Below, one piece after another: positions 1-28,350 of a DNA stretch of 64,000 bases. Within the stretch, counting starts at the first letter, position 1; each line of letters begins with the position of its first letter. Source of the stretch: Octopus vulgaris (Eukaryota); NCBI GenBank assembly GCA_951406725.2, contig OX597817.1, forward strand, positions 63,860,001 to 63,924,000. The letters are read 5' to 3'. The notes beneath the pieces were generated by a model, which was not told where the DNA came from, made no database searches, and was given only the letters and a program-made list of their open reading frames with translations. The position numbers and the translations under genes are program-made.

Positions 1-76
1 GAAAGGAAGAAGGAGTAATTAATGAGTGAATAAAAAAACTGTTTGTGTGTATGTATGTGTGTATGTATGTATGTCA

Positions 77-637
77 GGTCATTTTCGAGTGCTATCCCAA
101 TGGTTTAACTGCGCGATCGGGTATTCAGTCCGATTATTTCTACGCCCCCGCGCATGATATAGCCTTAAGACATTTATTGGATGACCGTTGACTCTCAAGA
201 GTTCCCCCGCCCTTTGACGGGTTTTGTCTTTCATTCCGCAGGGTGTCCAATAAACACCCTCCTCACCAAGCAAGCTTGGTGGGGTTGCCGGCTTAGTCGC
301 CGACGACCCGACCATGCAACAGTTTGTACTGGGTTACATGTTACCTAAACCATTGGGAGTGAAGGACTCCTAGTCTTTGTTAGGGCATCCTTCTAGGTGA
401 AGGTAACTCAGGTAACTGGGATAACTCCGACATAAAACCTGCGGCTCAGAAGTTACCGATGATGTTGACTTGTTCTTCTTTTCGGATTATGGCTGCTGTT
501 GCTTAGTGAGTGAGATTGACTCAGTGCACAGCCTTTCCTCACTTAAAAAAAAATCTTCTTGCACAGGCATTACACGATAACAACATTGATTAAGCTTCGT
601 GCAATGTCCATACTCGATAACGAGGGGGCAGCCACCA
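77..637 (+). mobile_element. Non-autonomous bipartite RTE-derived retroposon (RTE-like 5'UTR joined to RTE-like 3' end) embedded in (ATGT)n
   Basis: gggcatccttctaggtgaaggtaactc resembles RTE 5'UTR motifs. It ends atactcgataacgagggggcagccacc plus (ATGT)n, similar to the RTE 3' end at 28048. No ORF; many hairpins. Confidence 0.5.
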
Positions 638-1103
638 TGTATGTATGTATTCATTTGCAGGCTTCCTACAGCATTAAAAGTATTTCAACTCTTATTTCTA
701 GGTGTAGGTGTCTTGGTACATTAAATCAAATTTAGTGACGATCGAATTTTTCTTTATGGTGTCGCATTGCTCTCTGCCATTTATATTGATATTTTGTATA
801 TGCATTAGCATTCCGCTAAATCATCCATAGACTTCTATGGTAAAATACATATAAGAGTAAAAGAGAGTAAGAGTATATGATGACAGACGGAATTGCCCGA
901 CATCTGCTGAGTGAACGGTCCTCACTCATGAAGCCTACGGAAATAGGCGAAACATAACGTTTAGTCTGAATGATTCTCGAGGTGGTGATGGGGCAGTTAC
1001 AACCCATGTTATCATTTGTGAGCCTCCTACAGCAGTAAGATTATTTTAACTCTTATTTCTAGCACTGTAGGTTCTTGGTACCCTTAGTAACACTTAGTCC
1101 TTC

Positions 1104-1105
<2 letters not shown>

Positions 1106-1154
<49 letters not shown>

Positions 1155-1155
1155 T

Positions 1156-1201
<46 letters not shown>

Positions 1202-1202
1202 A
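1106..1202. repeat. (CTA)n grading into (CTG)n
   Basis: Direct inspection. Confidence 0.95.
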
Positions 1203-1743
1203 CAGCCAATGAACTGTTGCTACAACTCCAACAACCACTACCACCACGGTCACTATTACTACTACGACCAACAGTCTCTACTACTACTGCTATTACAGCT
1301 AAATATCACTTTCACTACTACAGCCAACGATTCTAATCAACGCACGAGACAGCCATTATGTTCCCACACATAAAACGCCACCGCGTGGACTCTCTTGAAA
1401 CTAGTAAAAAATAATTATGAACTTTTCTTTTACTACACTTAACTTTTAAAAATATATATTTTTGATAAGGTTCGTTTTTTTTTCAAGAAACGAAACATGT
1501 AAAATCTCTCAGAAAAATAAAATTTATCTTATATAGTGTGTAAATAGAATCGTTTTTCTTTGGAATAGAAAAAAAAGTCTATCTTTTATTTCTTCTTTTT
1601 CTGGTGTCACAAATTTAGGTTAAATCAGTGTTTCTCAAAGGGAAAGCCTGTGGGACGGTCGGACAAGTTGTTTTGAGAAAATGTGGTTTAAATGTTTGAC
1701 AACTCAGCACCGTCCATTGGACGGAAGGGGGGCGTTTTGCTCG

Positions 1744-1774
<31 letters not shown>

Positions 1775-1954
1775 CCTGAAGAAAACACACCTGATTACAA
1801 AAGTTCTACATGCATGAGTAAATTATAAACAATAGTACAACTTCAAAGTTAATAAAAATTATTCATGATACTTTGCCATCACAACTTACCATACAATCTA
1901 ATTATCAGTCGAGAGAATTCAGCTTAGCCTTGAAAATTTTAAATTAGCAGTTAA

Positions 1955-2167
<213 letters not shown>

Positions 2168-2892
2168 CTTTCATTCTGTTATCTTCATCTCTGTTCTAAA
2201 ATCTATTCTAGTTTCTTAGTAATTTATTCTAACCTTTTTAATGTCAGTTATTAGCTAGTCTCTCAAATCTTTATCATCATCACGTGAAACACTGTGCCAG
2301 CTGAATCATCGAGAGAACTTTATGAGAACAGTTGCTGCTCAACCTCTTTCGACTCACATCCACCCGGCGTAAAAGTACGAGCATATATTGGATAACATAG
2401 TTTTAAGAGAAATTAGCGAGATGGTCAATTCTGGAACTTTTTTGGTCATAATTATTATTAATACTGACTCATATATTTTTTAGGTTACTAAAATAAGTAA
2501 CAGACAAGCATTGAGGGTGGTTTTATTGACAGTACTCAACACACAAAATGTTTCTACGTGTTAAAAATCGTTCAAATGCTACCGAAAACAATTTTACCGT
2601 TCATTCTTTCAGAATCGATAAGTAAGCATCAGTTAATTACTAAAGTCGATACTATCGACTGTACCCTTCCACCAAATTTCTAACCTTGTGTTTCTGAAAC
2701 AAACAGTTATTAATAGCATTTTCGAGCCAAAAGGTAGATCTACTTGTGCCATATCCCAAAAAGTCTTCTGTGAATTTCTCACCTCCAGGATGCTAATTTA
2801 GGCGTTATAGGGTTGCAAGTAAAAGGTGTAGACGTGCTCAAACTACTAATTTGATATTAAATTATTTTTAAAAAAGCAAATCGGAAGAATAC

Positions 2893-17632
<14,740 letters not shown>

Positions 17633-18277
17633 CTGTGAAATGAGAAGAGTAAACAGCATTAATTAAAAATATTTTCAATAGATATTAAAAAAATGTAATT
17701 TCTCAAAACATGTCTATTTTTTTTTTTTTTGCTTTTATTTTACAAAATAATATTTATTACCAGTAAATTCCAGGTACATTCAAAAATACAATATAGTCAA
17801 GACGGTGAATTGGCAGAGCTCTTAGAGTTTTTATAGAATGCCTCGCAATATTTGTTCCGTTTCCCTACCAAGGTCAATTTTGCCTTTTATTCGTTTAGAG
17901 TCGATAAAAAGAAAGAATCAAATTCGGATAGTGGATTGGTGAAACTGTTAAAAGTTGTCTTGCAGTATCCCTTCTGATTCTTTACATTCTGATAGCAACG
18001 CCTATGACGTCACTGGTGCCAAACTGTATCGAACCAAGTTTGTGACTTTTCTCCAAGACAAAATCAGTGTCGTGGAGACTAACATACATAGGTAACTGCA
18101 GGTCTTCCTTTAAAATAATGTCCAAGCCTACACGTGTGCATTTAGATGTATAGTCAACGCTGATCAAGGGAAACCCTACAACAGTATAACCATTCAATTA
18201 ATTAAAAAAGTGAAGCAGATATTTTATTATAATATACTCTTCTATTGAAGAATTTATATTTAGTAATCCTGTTAAGT

Positions 18278-18343
<66 letters not shown>

Positions 18344-18742
18344 ACTCTCTTTGTCTCTCTAGCGCGCACACAAATACAAAATAGCTGTCCGTATCTACAT
18401 CAGAAATCCGGTCATTATTTTTCATTTATAAGCAGCGCAGTTGTGTCACACAATCGAAAAAGCACCGTACAAGAAACCGTATTGTTTTTAGTTATAACTT
18501 TTAATGTTCTGAGTTCAAATTACATTGCGGATAAATCTAACTTTCTTCCTTCTGGGTGCTATAAAACAAAATGCGAGTCGGAAATAAGTACTGGGATCGA
18601 TACAATCAAAATGAAAAGCCATGCTCCTGAACGGCCGCAATCCAATGGCTGAAACTAACAAAAGAATAAAATATAGGTAGTTAGTGGTGGCGGAGAGTCT
18701 TTAAAACGCCAGACGAAATATTCTTGCAATATTTAGTTACAC

Positions 18743-19127
18743 TAAGGCGGCGAGATGGCAGAAACGTTAGCACGCCGGGCGAAATGAGTAACCGTTACGT
18801 TCTGAGTTCAAATTCCGCCGAGGTCGACTTTGCCTTTCATCCTTTCGGGGTCGATTAAATAAGTACCAGTTACGCACTGGGGTCGATGTAATTGACTTAA
18901 TCCGTTTGTCTGTCCTTGTTTGTCCCCTCTGTGTTTAGCCCCTTGTGGGTAGTAAAGAAATAGGTATTTCGTCTGTCTTTACGTTCTTAGTTCAAATTCC
19001 GTCGAGGTCGACTTTGCCTTTCTTCCTTTTGGTTTCGGTAAATTAAGTACCAGTTGTGTACTGGAGTCGATCTAATCGACTGACCCCCTCCCCCAAAATT
19101 TCGGACTTTGTGCCTAGAGTAGAAAAG
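18743..19127 (+). mobile_element. Dimeric SINE family A with TSD, inserted in an older decayed SINE
   Basis: Two cores (ttcaaattccgycgaggtcgactttgcctttc at about 18808 and 18991). TSD aatatttagttac(a/g)ct at 18728 and 19128. Confidence 0.9.
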
Positions 19128-19468
19128 AATATTTAGTTACGCTCCGTTGTCTTCTGAGTTCAAATCCTGTCGGAGTGGGGGGGGGGGGTCGACAGTGCTT
19201 TCTAAACTTGTAGAATAAATATCATTAACACACTGAGGAGTGGGGGTTCATCTCCACCAAATTCACCCATCCCTGAAAATATGTGGCTTTGTGAAAAAGA
19301 ATGATATAAATCTTTAATATATCTGAAATATTTACCTAAGGGCTATAGAATTACCTATTGTGATAAAGTTTGTATTCGGATTTAAAATAAACATACATTA
19401 ATGATGTGATAAGACAAGTAAAAACAAAAACGTTCCGCTGGCACGATGAAATGAATTTTCATTCTTAC

Positions 19469-19562
19469 GAACCACCAGGCAAGAAGTTGTTACCAGTGAA
19501 GATACAATAAGGGCAATATTTTCTTTAGCATTCGGATATATTACGTTCTAATTGAATAACAT
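19469..19562 (-). other. Candidate first exon of the GH18-like gene, encoding a hydrophobic signal-like stretch
   Basis: Donor C|gtaaga (phase 1). The frame reads MLFN*NVIYPNAKENIALIVSSLVTTSCLVV and lies just downstream of a GA-rich tract. The in-frame TAG makes the call uncertain. Confidence 0.35.
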
Positions 19563-19688
19563 ACGTTCCAAATTTAGACACGAATGTTACAACAATAAAC
19601 AAGCACGTTTAGAGCATTCGCAAACATTCCTCGTGGCTTACTGCCACTTCTCTTTCTCTCCCTCTCTGTGTCTGTCTTCCTGTTTCGT

Positions 19689-19727
<39 letters not shown>

Positions 19728-20312
19728 CTCTCTCAGTCTGCCTGTTTCTTTCTCTCTCTGAATACTTGATCATTGTGTGGGGGTGTATTCGTGCGTGTAG
19801 ATATGCATACACTATAATGTGTGTGTATGTGTATGTCAAGAAATTTCATGTAAAATATATAATTATATATATATATTTATATATGTGTATATATATAGAT
19901 ATGTGTGTGTGTAAACGCTGATATGTATTGAATGAATGAGAGAAGGAGTATTTAATACATGTAGAATATATGATATATTTAAACTGAATATTTATCTCGA
20001 AAGCCAACTTTCATGTTACTGTGTTGTAAGACTACTCGCCTGAAGATCGCACTAGCATGAAACTCTGGTCATGAAATTGATAGGCAGTTTAAATTTATAT
20101 ATACACGTGTGTGCGTGTGTGTGCGCGCGCGTGTGTAGCCACTACACATTCTTTATTTTCTCTCCTTGTTTCTTTCTGTGTTCCTTTCTGTGGAAGTGCG
20201 TAAACTCGAAACATTAAAGACTTTTTACACTTCCTGAGCGTTAAACTAATACATCTGCTTGTTGTCTACACCACCTGTCTTCGTCTTTTGTTTTTTTATA
20301 TGAATTCTCCCC

Positions 20313-20382
<70 letters not shown>

Positions 20383-20423
20383 CGGAAGTATGTATGTATA
20401 TATGTATCAATACGCCCCCCCCC

Positions 20424-20477
<54 letters not shown>

Positions 20478-20609
20478 TTTACGATGAGTTAGGCTAACGA
20501 TAACAACATATTAAATTAGAGATAAAACCACTATTAGGTAAATCACGTTTTTTTCCCTGTAAGTTTGGATTCATTCATCCTAAAACCACTATTAGGCAAA
20601 TATTATTAT

Positions 20610-20667
<58 letters not shown>

Positions 20668-22159
20668 TTGTTGCAACGAAAGGGGTATTGGTTTAGAATA
20701 GCATTCTGTATATCTTACTTAACGTGGACATACTATAGAAAGCCACGGCGGTATTCGTCTTGAGAAAGTATCTCGTACACACGTTTAGTTCTAAGAAGCA
20801 CAGAAATGTATGAGTAGCAAATGAAAAGCGACTGGCAGTGGCGGTGGAATTACTAAATCCAGATTTCTCCCTGCCTGCTATTTGCGACACCGGTAATCTG
20901 TTAACCAGTTTTTCTATATAAGTGGAGGCTAAATTTGTCTAAGCATGCTGTTGATAATGAATATTTGCTACCGAAGCTGCGCAAAAATGCAGAAATCTTT
21001 GCTACCAAGGGATATTTGTTTGCGAGAGGTGACTATGTATTTTTTCTCCTCTTATTGAACTAAGTGTAACAGGAAATTTAGTAACATTAAAAGCATAACT
21101 CACAACATAAAACCGTTTCGATTTTCTATAGGATCAGCATCTTTTACATCTGAAATGCTGCAGGGAAGTGTAAACATCACAACACGAATTCTGTTTTTTT
21201 TTGCTAAATATCTGAAGTGTCTTGTTTGCAGATTCTTATATTATAATCATTATCAGTATTATTGTTGCTGTTGTCGTAGTTATTTAGCTCAGGTTAACTT
21301 AACTCTGACCTTTAACGTTTTGTGACAAAATTTGTATTTATTTATTTTGTATTTGATCAGTAAATGTTGTTTCCTATTTGTTTCTATCTAGAAATCAAAG
21401 GAAATGACTACTATTCCCTTCAGACTTTGCTTTTGTGATCTGGAGATCAACGTTTTGAAACTGACCTATTTTCCATCACATTTCAGACAGATTGCTGAAG
21501 CATGAATATTGTTATAGCAAATATTCTGCTCAAAACCACAGATTTACTTATCAGTTGCTTTATCTTAACCACTTGAGCATGTCCTTTAGTGGCTGACAAT
21601 ATGTGAACCTCTGATCATAACCATCATAGCCATGTGTCGAGAGAGATTCTTTGAGGTTTGAATAAATGTAACAAATGCAAAGTTTGAAGGAAATATTTGC
21701 CATTTTCATACTTTCAAGGAAATAACTGTTGCTACCCAAGGACAAACTCGTCCTACGCAGAGTAATCAAAGGCATTTCGGAGAACTAATTCTAGCAAGTC
21801 AAGCGACTAGGTAGAGGTGTCCTCATTGGATCAAGGTGGAGGCTACTGATCTTGTTATTGATGTCAGAGGCCTATCGAACCTTTCTCAAAAAAAAGTGTT
21901 TCATCTTGCAACATTTACATCATGCTCTAATCGAATTCGTTTTTCGCTCCTTTAGAAAGTTGATAAATTAAATACCAGTTGTGAACGTGGATCAGTCATT
22001 TCAATCGAATACAAATCTATTTTACTTACTAACATATACAAATGTACATAAATTATTTATTTAATTGTTTAACTATTTATTGTTGCTTTGACATGATAGA
22101 AACAAAATACAAGTTGCAATACATCTGGAAATAAGTAATAAATGGCAACGTTCCTTCGC

Positions 22160-22245
<86 letters not shown>

Positions 22246-22515
22246 GCACTTACTTGAGTATGTGTGTATGCACGGGCATATGGTATATGTGAGAAAGCAA
22301 ATGAGAAGTTAAAACTCTGTGTGCTATTTATGTATGCATTTATGCATGTATTTATGTATGCATCTATGTGTGTATGGATGTGTGTATAAGCATTTTGAGA
22401 AAATTGCTAAGAAATTGTAAAGCAAAACATAGCAGACAGTTAAAATAACATCTGTAAATGTGCGCAAAAAACTATCTTCCCGAATCTTCAATTGTTATGT
22501 AAGTCAGTGATGTGC

Positions 22516-22569
<54 letters not shown>

Positions 22570-22987
22570 GCATACATACATACATACATACATACATACA
22601 TACATACATACATACATACTCATATATATACATGCCTATGTATATATGTATGTATGTATGTATGTATATATGTATGTATGTATGCATGTATGTATGTATG
22701 TATGTATGCATGTATGTATATTGCCAGGGGAGCTTCCAGAATTCTTTTCACCAACAAGCAGTTCACACGTGAATGGATGTAAACCGACAGATTTGTGTTG
22801 TCTATGAAACACACTGGTTTTATGTATGTGCGTGTATGTATGCGTGTGTGTGCGTATGTGAGTGTAGGTGTGCGTGCCTACACACACGTGTGTGTGTACC
22901 TACAAACATATGTGTGTATACCTACACACACACGCACACATTCACACACACATATATACTGTATGTATATACAGTATGTGTGTGTGA

Positions 22988-23029
<42 letters not shown>

Positions 23030-24391
23030 TGTATAAATAAATATACAAACACACACACACACAACTTTTTACTACTTGTATTTATAAATATGTTTGTTTA
23101 TTTGTTTTTCTGACATCTATATCTCTATATTTCTGTCAGCTTTTTGTTTTTCTTTTGTCCCTACCCTATCTTAGTCTCTTCATGCACATCCTCGTTTTGT
23201 ACGTGCTTTTCTTTTTTTTTAGTTTCTGCATGAATATATGAATGTGTGTGCGTGTGTGTATATGCGTGCGTGTGTGTGCATGTGTGTATCTGTGTGTGTA
23301 GGTGGGATTGCATATGTCTGTCTTTCTTTGCTCTTTCCAAATCATTAAGAACATCAATACGTTGCACAGACTGCTGTAACTATATATCGAATATGAGAAG
23401 TATACCTACAATTGCCTTAACACTTTAACGACGATGCCAGAAGTGGGAAATATAGGTAATTACCATACTTAAGAATTCATGCAAGTAACATGCCTATCCA
23501 TCTGTTTTTCAGCCAGTCCTTTAGTTTATCTGTCTAGCTATATGTCTGCATGGCTATGTTCGTATATGTATGTGTATGTATATCTAATCTATCTATTTAT
23601 CTGTTTAGCTATCTGTCTCTATCTGTCTGTGAATACCCCTGACACATTTTGCTTCGTTCGGCTATGCCGTGAAACCATGCAGTAAGAATATGAGTACTTC
23701 AGTATTAACAATTCACTCAAAACAATGCTAAATCGTTTTTCAATAGCAAGAATATCAGCCTTCTGCTCTATTAACACATTTACAGTAGCATTCATAATTC
23801 ATACCTCTGTGGTAATGAACTGGAACGTAACAGACCTAGATTTTCCAGACTGTGACACAAGAATATTCTGAGACAAAAATAAGATAGCGCTGCATAAAAC
23901 ATAAGCCTGAAACCCAACGATAGTATAATCCACGAAGAAAATGTTATGAAGGAATAGTTTTAAGAGGAAGTTATTGATGTTATCCTCTATTTTACCAACT
24001 TACGAAAACAGCCGACAATGTTGATTATGTTCGTAAAAGGGGGATTGCAAAATACTCTCAAGACTAGGGTTTTATCAGATTAGAAATCTAAACCTACATT
24101 AATAGTGAGAACATACACACTAATGATGCATTAGTATGCTCATTTAAGAGAAGATAACTCTTTACAGACCCTGCATCCTGACAACCACTAGGCATTTGCT
24201 GCACCAGAAAATGCAAGTCTGAAGGACGAGGCAGTTATTCGGAGTGTCTCAGAAAACTAGGTGTCCAGTGCTAATTCATATATACTGTGGCGGAATGTCA
24301 ATAAATGAATATTATAGGTTCAGTTACTTTACTGGAGGAATTATAATTGTTTCTAACATGGGCACCAGAACTGCGGTATATATATACGTGT

Positions 24392-24425
<34 letters not shown>

Positions 24426-25281
24426 ATGTGTGTGTGTGCGTGTGTATGTGTGTGTGTGTGCGCGTGTGCGTGTGTATGTGTGTGTGTGTGTGCGCGTGTG
24501 CGTGTGTGTGTGTGTATGTGTGTGTGTGTGTGTGTGTGAAACAGATGAAGGAAATATATATGTCAGGTCACTTATGAGGTCTCTCATGTGTATTACTGGT
24601 AACATGGAATCAAGTACAAAGTTTTGTATGGTCAGCGCATCAGCAACCAAACCATCACCCCCCCCACACACACACACACACACACTGCGTTTGCTTAGTG
24701 TCGCTAGAAACTAGCAGGACTAAAAACAAGACCTGTCAAAAGGACAGATGAGCCTAGTGTAGGGTCAACGACTATCTAGCAATAGCAGGGACCCTCAGAA
24801 ATTCTGGGTTGGTATCCGACATACTGGAAGACCATTAGGAGTGAGAATCCTTTAGCTTTTGTTAAAAATTATCTCCAAGAGAAGGTCACTCTCGTATAAA
24901 ACCAGATATGAAGTGAATGGCATTGGACATTTTAGGAATCTTTTGCTTATGCTTCAGATCATGGCACTCCTACATCCCTAAGCCTGCGAACCATATTGGC
25001 ACTCAATATCTTGCACTGGCTAGTTTCTGGATCATCTCAATGGATGGAGAAGGTCTGTGGGGTGTTGTGCAAGTCTTATTGGACCTAAAATCTTAGGTTG
25101 TGCAAGCGCTGGCGAGCTGACTTTCCGATACCGGGTAGAATAGGAGAGCAGCGCGGCAAGCAACGAAAACGTGAATGCGAACCCGAGTGAAACCGACCGT
25201 AGGTACAATACTGATTAACAGCGTCATTGCCGACATATCGCACGGGCAATAGTCAGTGGTGATCTTCTTCGGACAACCATA

Positions 25282-25746
<465 letters not shown>

Positions 25747-26170
25747 ATACTTATCATGATTCGTTTCATTGTAACAACAGTCAGTTAAACCAACTGTTCT
25801 TTTTTTTTTTTTTTTTCGAGTACAGTTTATCCTTCGAACATTTGTTTCCAATAAACTGAGACCACAGTCATCACTTGCACGTACATACTTACAAAAAACG
25901 GTGGCTTAAAATGGAGACAAAATATAGGAAGGACGAGATATTGGCCAAAAATCTAGTGGAGGAAAGGAATTGAGAAATTGTGACGTTCGTGACTTTCTCA
26001 AGAATATCGCGCGTGTAAATGAAATGGAAAAAGTTCTCACCAAATCGAAGACTTGTTTCGAAGACAGCTTGATGCTGTATTAAAGAACTTACCATTATAT
26101 ATGTTTATGTTTGCAGGTACACACAAACACAGACATGGGTATGCGCTTACATGCAATCACAGTCAAACAC

Positions 26171-26207
<37 letters not shown>

Positions 26208-26999
26208 ACTCCACACACATTATATATACATACTCACAAAAACACGCACACTCACACACACACACACACACACACACACCTACAGATGTAGACACAGACA
26301 GACAAACGCGCACTATCACCAACCTATAAAAGCATAGACATACACACACAATTATACGTATATTTAAACACAAGCACACGCACTCTCATATACAGTCACA
26401 CGCATAAATGCACACGCTCATGCAGATGTACCCGCACATATCGCGACAATATGTTTATATTTAGAAACAGATATACATACGTTGTTAAAATATGAAGAGA
26501 AGCATGAATTTTGATTAGAAAACCAATTGTCTATTTACATTGTGCAGGAAATGATGCAAAGACTGCACAGTAACTGCCTAAAAATGTTATTATATTAACT
26601 TGGCAAACTGTTGGCTTATTTTACCGAGCTTTAGTTCCTGAATCGTCAACCAAAGCCAACAGTAGACAAAGCAATATTTTACATCGGCAAAGACACTTAA
26701 ATGACATTAGATACTTGTGGCAGATTTTGCCGCCGATTTGTAGCCAGCCAAGTAGAGGGCGTCATTTCACGCTCATAGACATGGCCTTGTAATTAAAATG
26801 TTTGTATGTCAAATACGTGTTTTGTAGGGAAGAGTTTTCGGTGGCTCCGTCACGTGGAAGGAATTTACTTTCTACTGTTGAAGCATCTGGTTGACCAATA
26901 CATACATACATACATACGTACGTACATACATACATACATACATACATACATACATACATACATACATACATACATACATACATACATACATGCTAGACA

Positions 27000-27782
27000 A
27001 CATCAGTAAAAATAAATATATAAATGCAGAAGATTGCCACAAAGTACCTGGTGAACAAGAGAGATAGTGACGCTCTTGTAATCCCAAGGTGCACCGCATG
27101 TGTAGACTATGTCATGTTTCTGTAGAAGACATCACGCATGTGATTAGCAGCTGTCCTAAAATGCCGTCACGGTACTACCTCCCTATGCGGCACGATGTTG
27201 ATGCTAAAACAATTTACAATACCATCCGCAAAAAAGACTGTTCTGAAATATACTTAGAAAATCCCTCTGTTATGGAATACATTCATAAACACCAACTCAA
27301 GGAATACTAGTGGAGTATTCCCAACAAAACATCTGTCAAATGTAAACACATAAAGGCCGAATATTGTTGTTTAAGATAGAGAGGCAAAGGTATGTACCAT
27401 CATAGCGGTCAGCTGCCTTGCAGATATAAATATCTCTTTGAAAATCAAAGAAAAAGAGGATATCAATGGACAACTGCTTCGAAACCTCCAGCTTCTATAT
27501 CCAGACTATGAATTCATATTCATACCAATAATAATTAGAGAACTAGGTTTTGGTAGTAAATGCTTAAAAGAGAATCTAGATGAACTGGGATTTTCACAAA
27601 GAAAAATTGACCGGTTAATTCGTACCTTACAAGTGTAATCTGCGAGTCGAATAGTAAAAATATGCAAGAGTTTTTTCAAGTTACAAATATGAACTTGTTA
27701 ACTACATCCCAAAGATGGAGACTTGTATCTTTGTTGGAAATCGACTCCATTGGAAATTTATAATAATTAAGCAATAGAAGAG
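27000..27782 (+). mobile_element. 5'-truncated R4/Dong-type RLE non-LTR retrotransposon flanked by (CATA)n
   Basis: CRLCHVSVEDITHVISSC (CCHC knuckle), RYYLPMRHDV and KIKEKEDINGQLLRNLQLLYPDYEFIFIPIII, with stops and frameshifts. 3'UTR shared with 6712-6800. Confidence 0.9.
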
Positions 27783-28047
27783 ACATACATACAAACAAAC
27801 ATACATATGTATGTACATACATGCACATGTACATACGTACACACATACATACATACACACACATACATTCATACATACATACATACGTACATATATGCAT
27901 GCATACACACAAATGCATACATACACACACATTCATACACACACATACATACACACACATACATACATGCATGCATACATACATACATACATACATACAT
28001 ACATACATACATACATACATACATACATACATACATACATACATACA
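27783..28047. repeat. Compound (CATA)n/(CA)n microsatellite between two tail-to-tail LINE ends
   Basis: Direct inspection. Confidence 0.95.
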
Positions 28048-28350
28048 TTGCTGCAACTCGATTTCGAAGGACGCCATCGCTTGAGTGTTCTCTTAAACGT
28101 AACCAGCACAGCTGTGTCTTTCCAGTCCTGCTAGGGATTTACGCACATTTGTACAGACGTGGCAACGACGGGCACTTTTGCAGTATTGTTCTGATGAACC
28201 GTCATATGATGTTTCAGTCCCCGTCTTGACGCACATTCTCTTCCTCACTCCCTGCAATTTGAGATATCGTATAATGCATAGTTAACAGCTTCCCTGTGTG
28301 CGTGGCTTTCTGATTGTTTCTAAAGTTTGCCTTGCTGAGAAAGACACGCC
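28048..28350 (-). mobile_element. RTE-like LINE 3' end with terminal C2H2-like finger and (ATGT)n tail
   Basis: Minus frame RRCHVCTNVRKSLAGLERH, then gtccttcgaaatcgag..gcagca and (ATGT)n. Confidence 0.55.

Noticed and set aside
160-260. Canonical HDV-like ribozyme
   Set aside because: No J4/2 strand with a catalytic C between the P4-like hairpin and P2, and no compact P3/P1.1. Kept only as an unclassified structure.
1335-1400. Final GH18 exon (frames FQESPRGGVLCVGT* or RVHAVAFYVWEH..)
   Set aside because: Only superficial GGV/VW similarity, split across two frames, with wrong spacing and no DxDD-like segment.
17982-18197. 71-aa minus-strand ORF upstream of the GH18 exons
   Set aside because: No recognisable domain and no convincing splice sites joining it to the gene.
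20038-20080. Hammerhead motif CTGAAGA..GAAAC
   Set aside because: Stems I and II do not pair adequately; at best a decayed copy.
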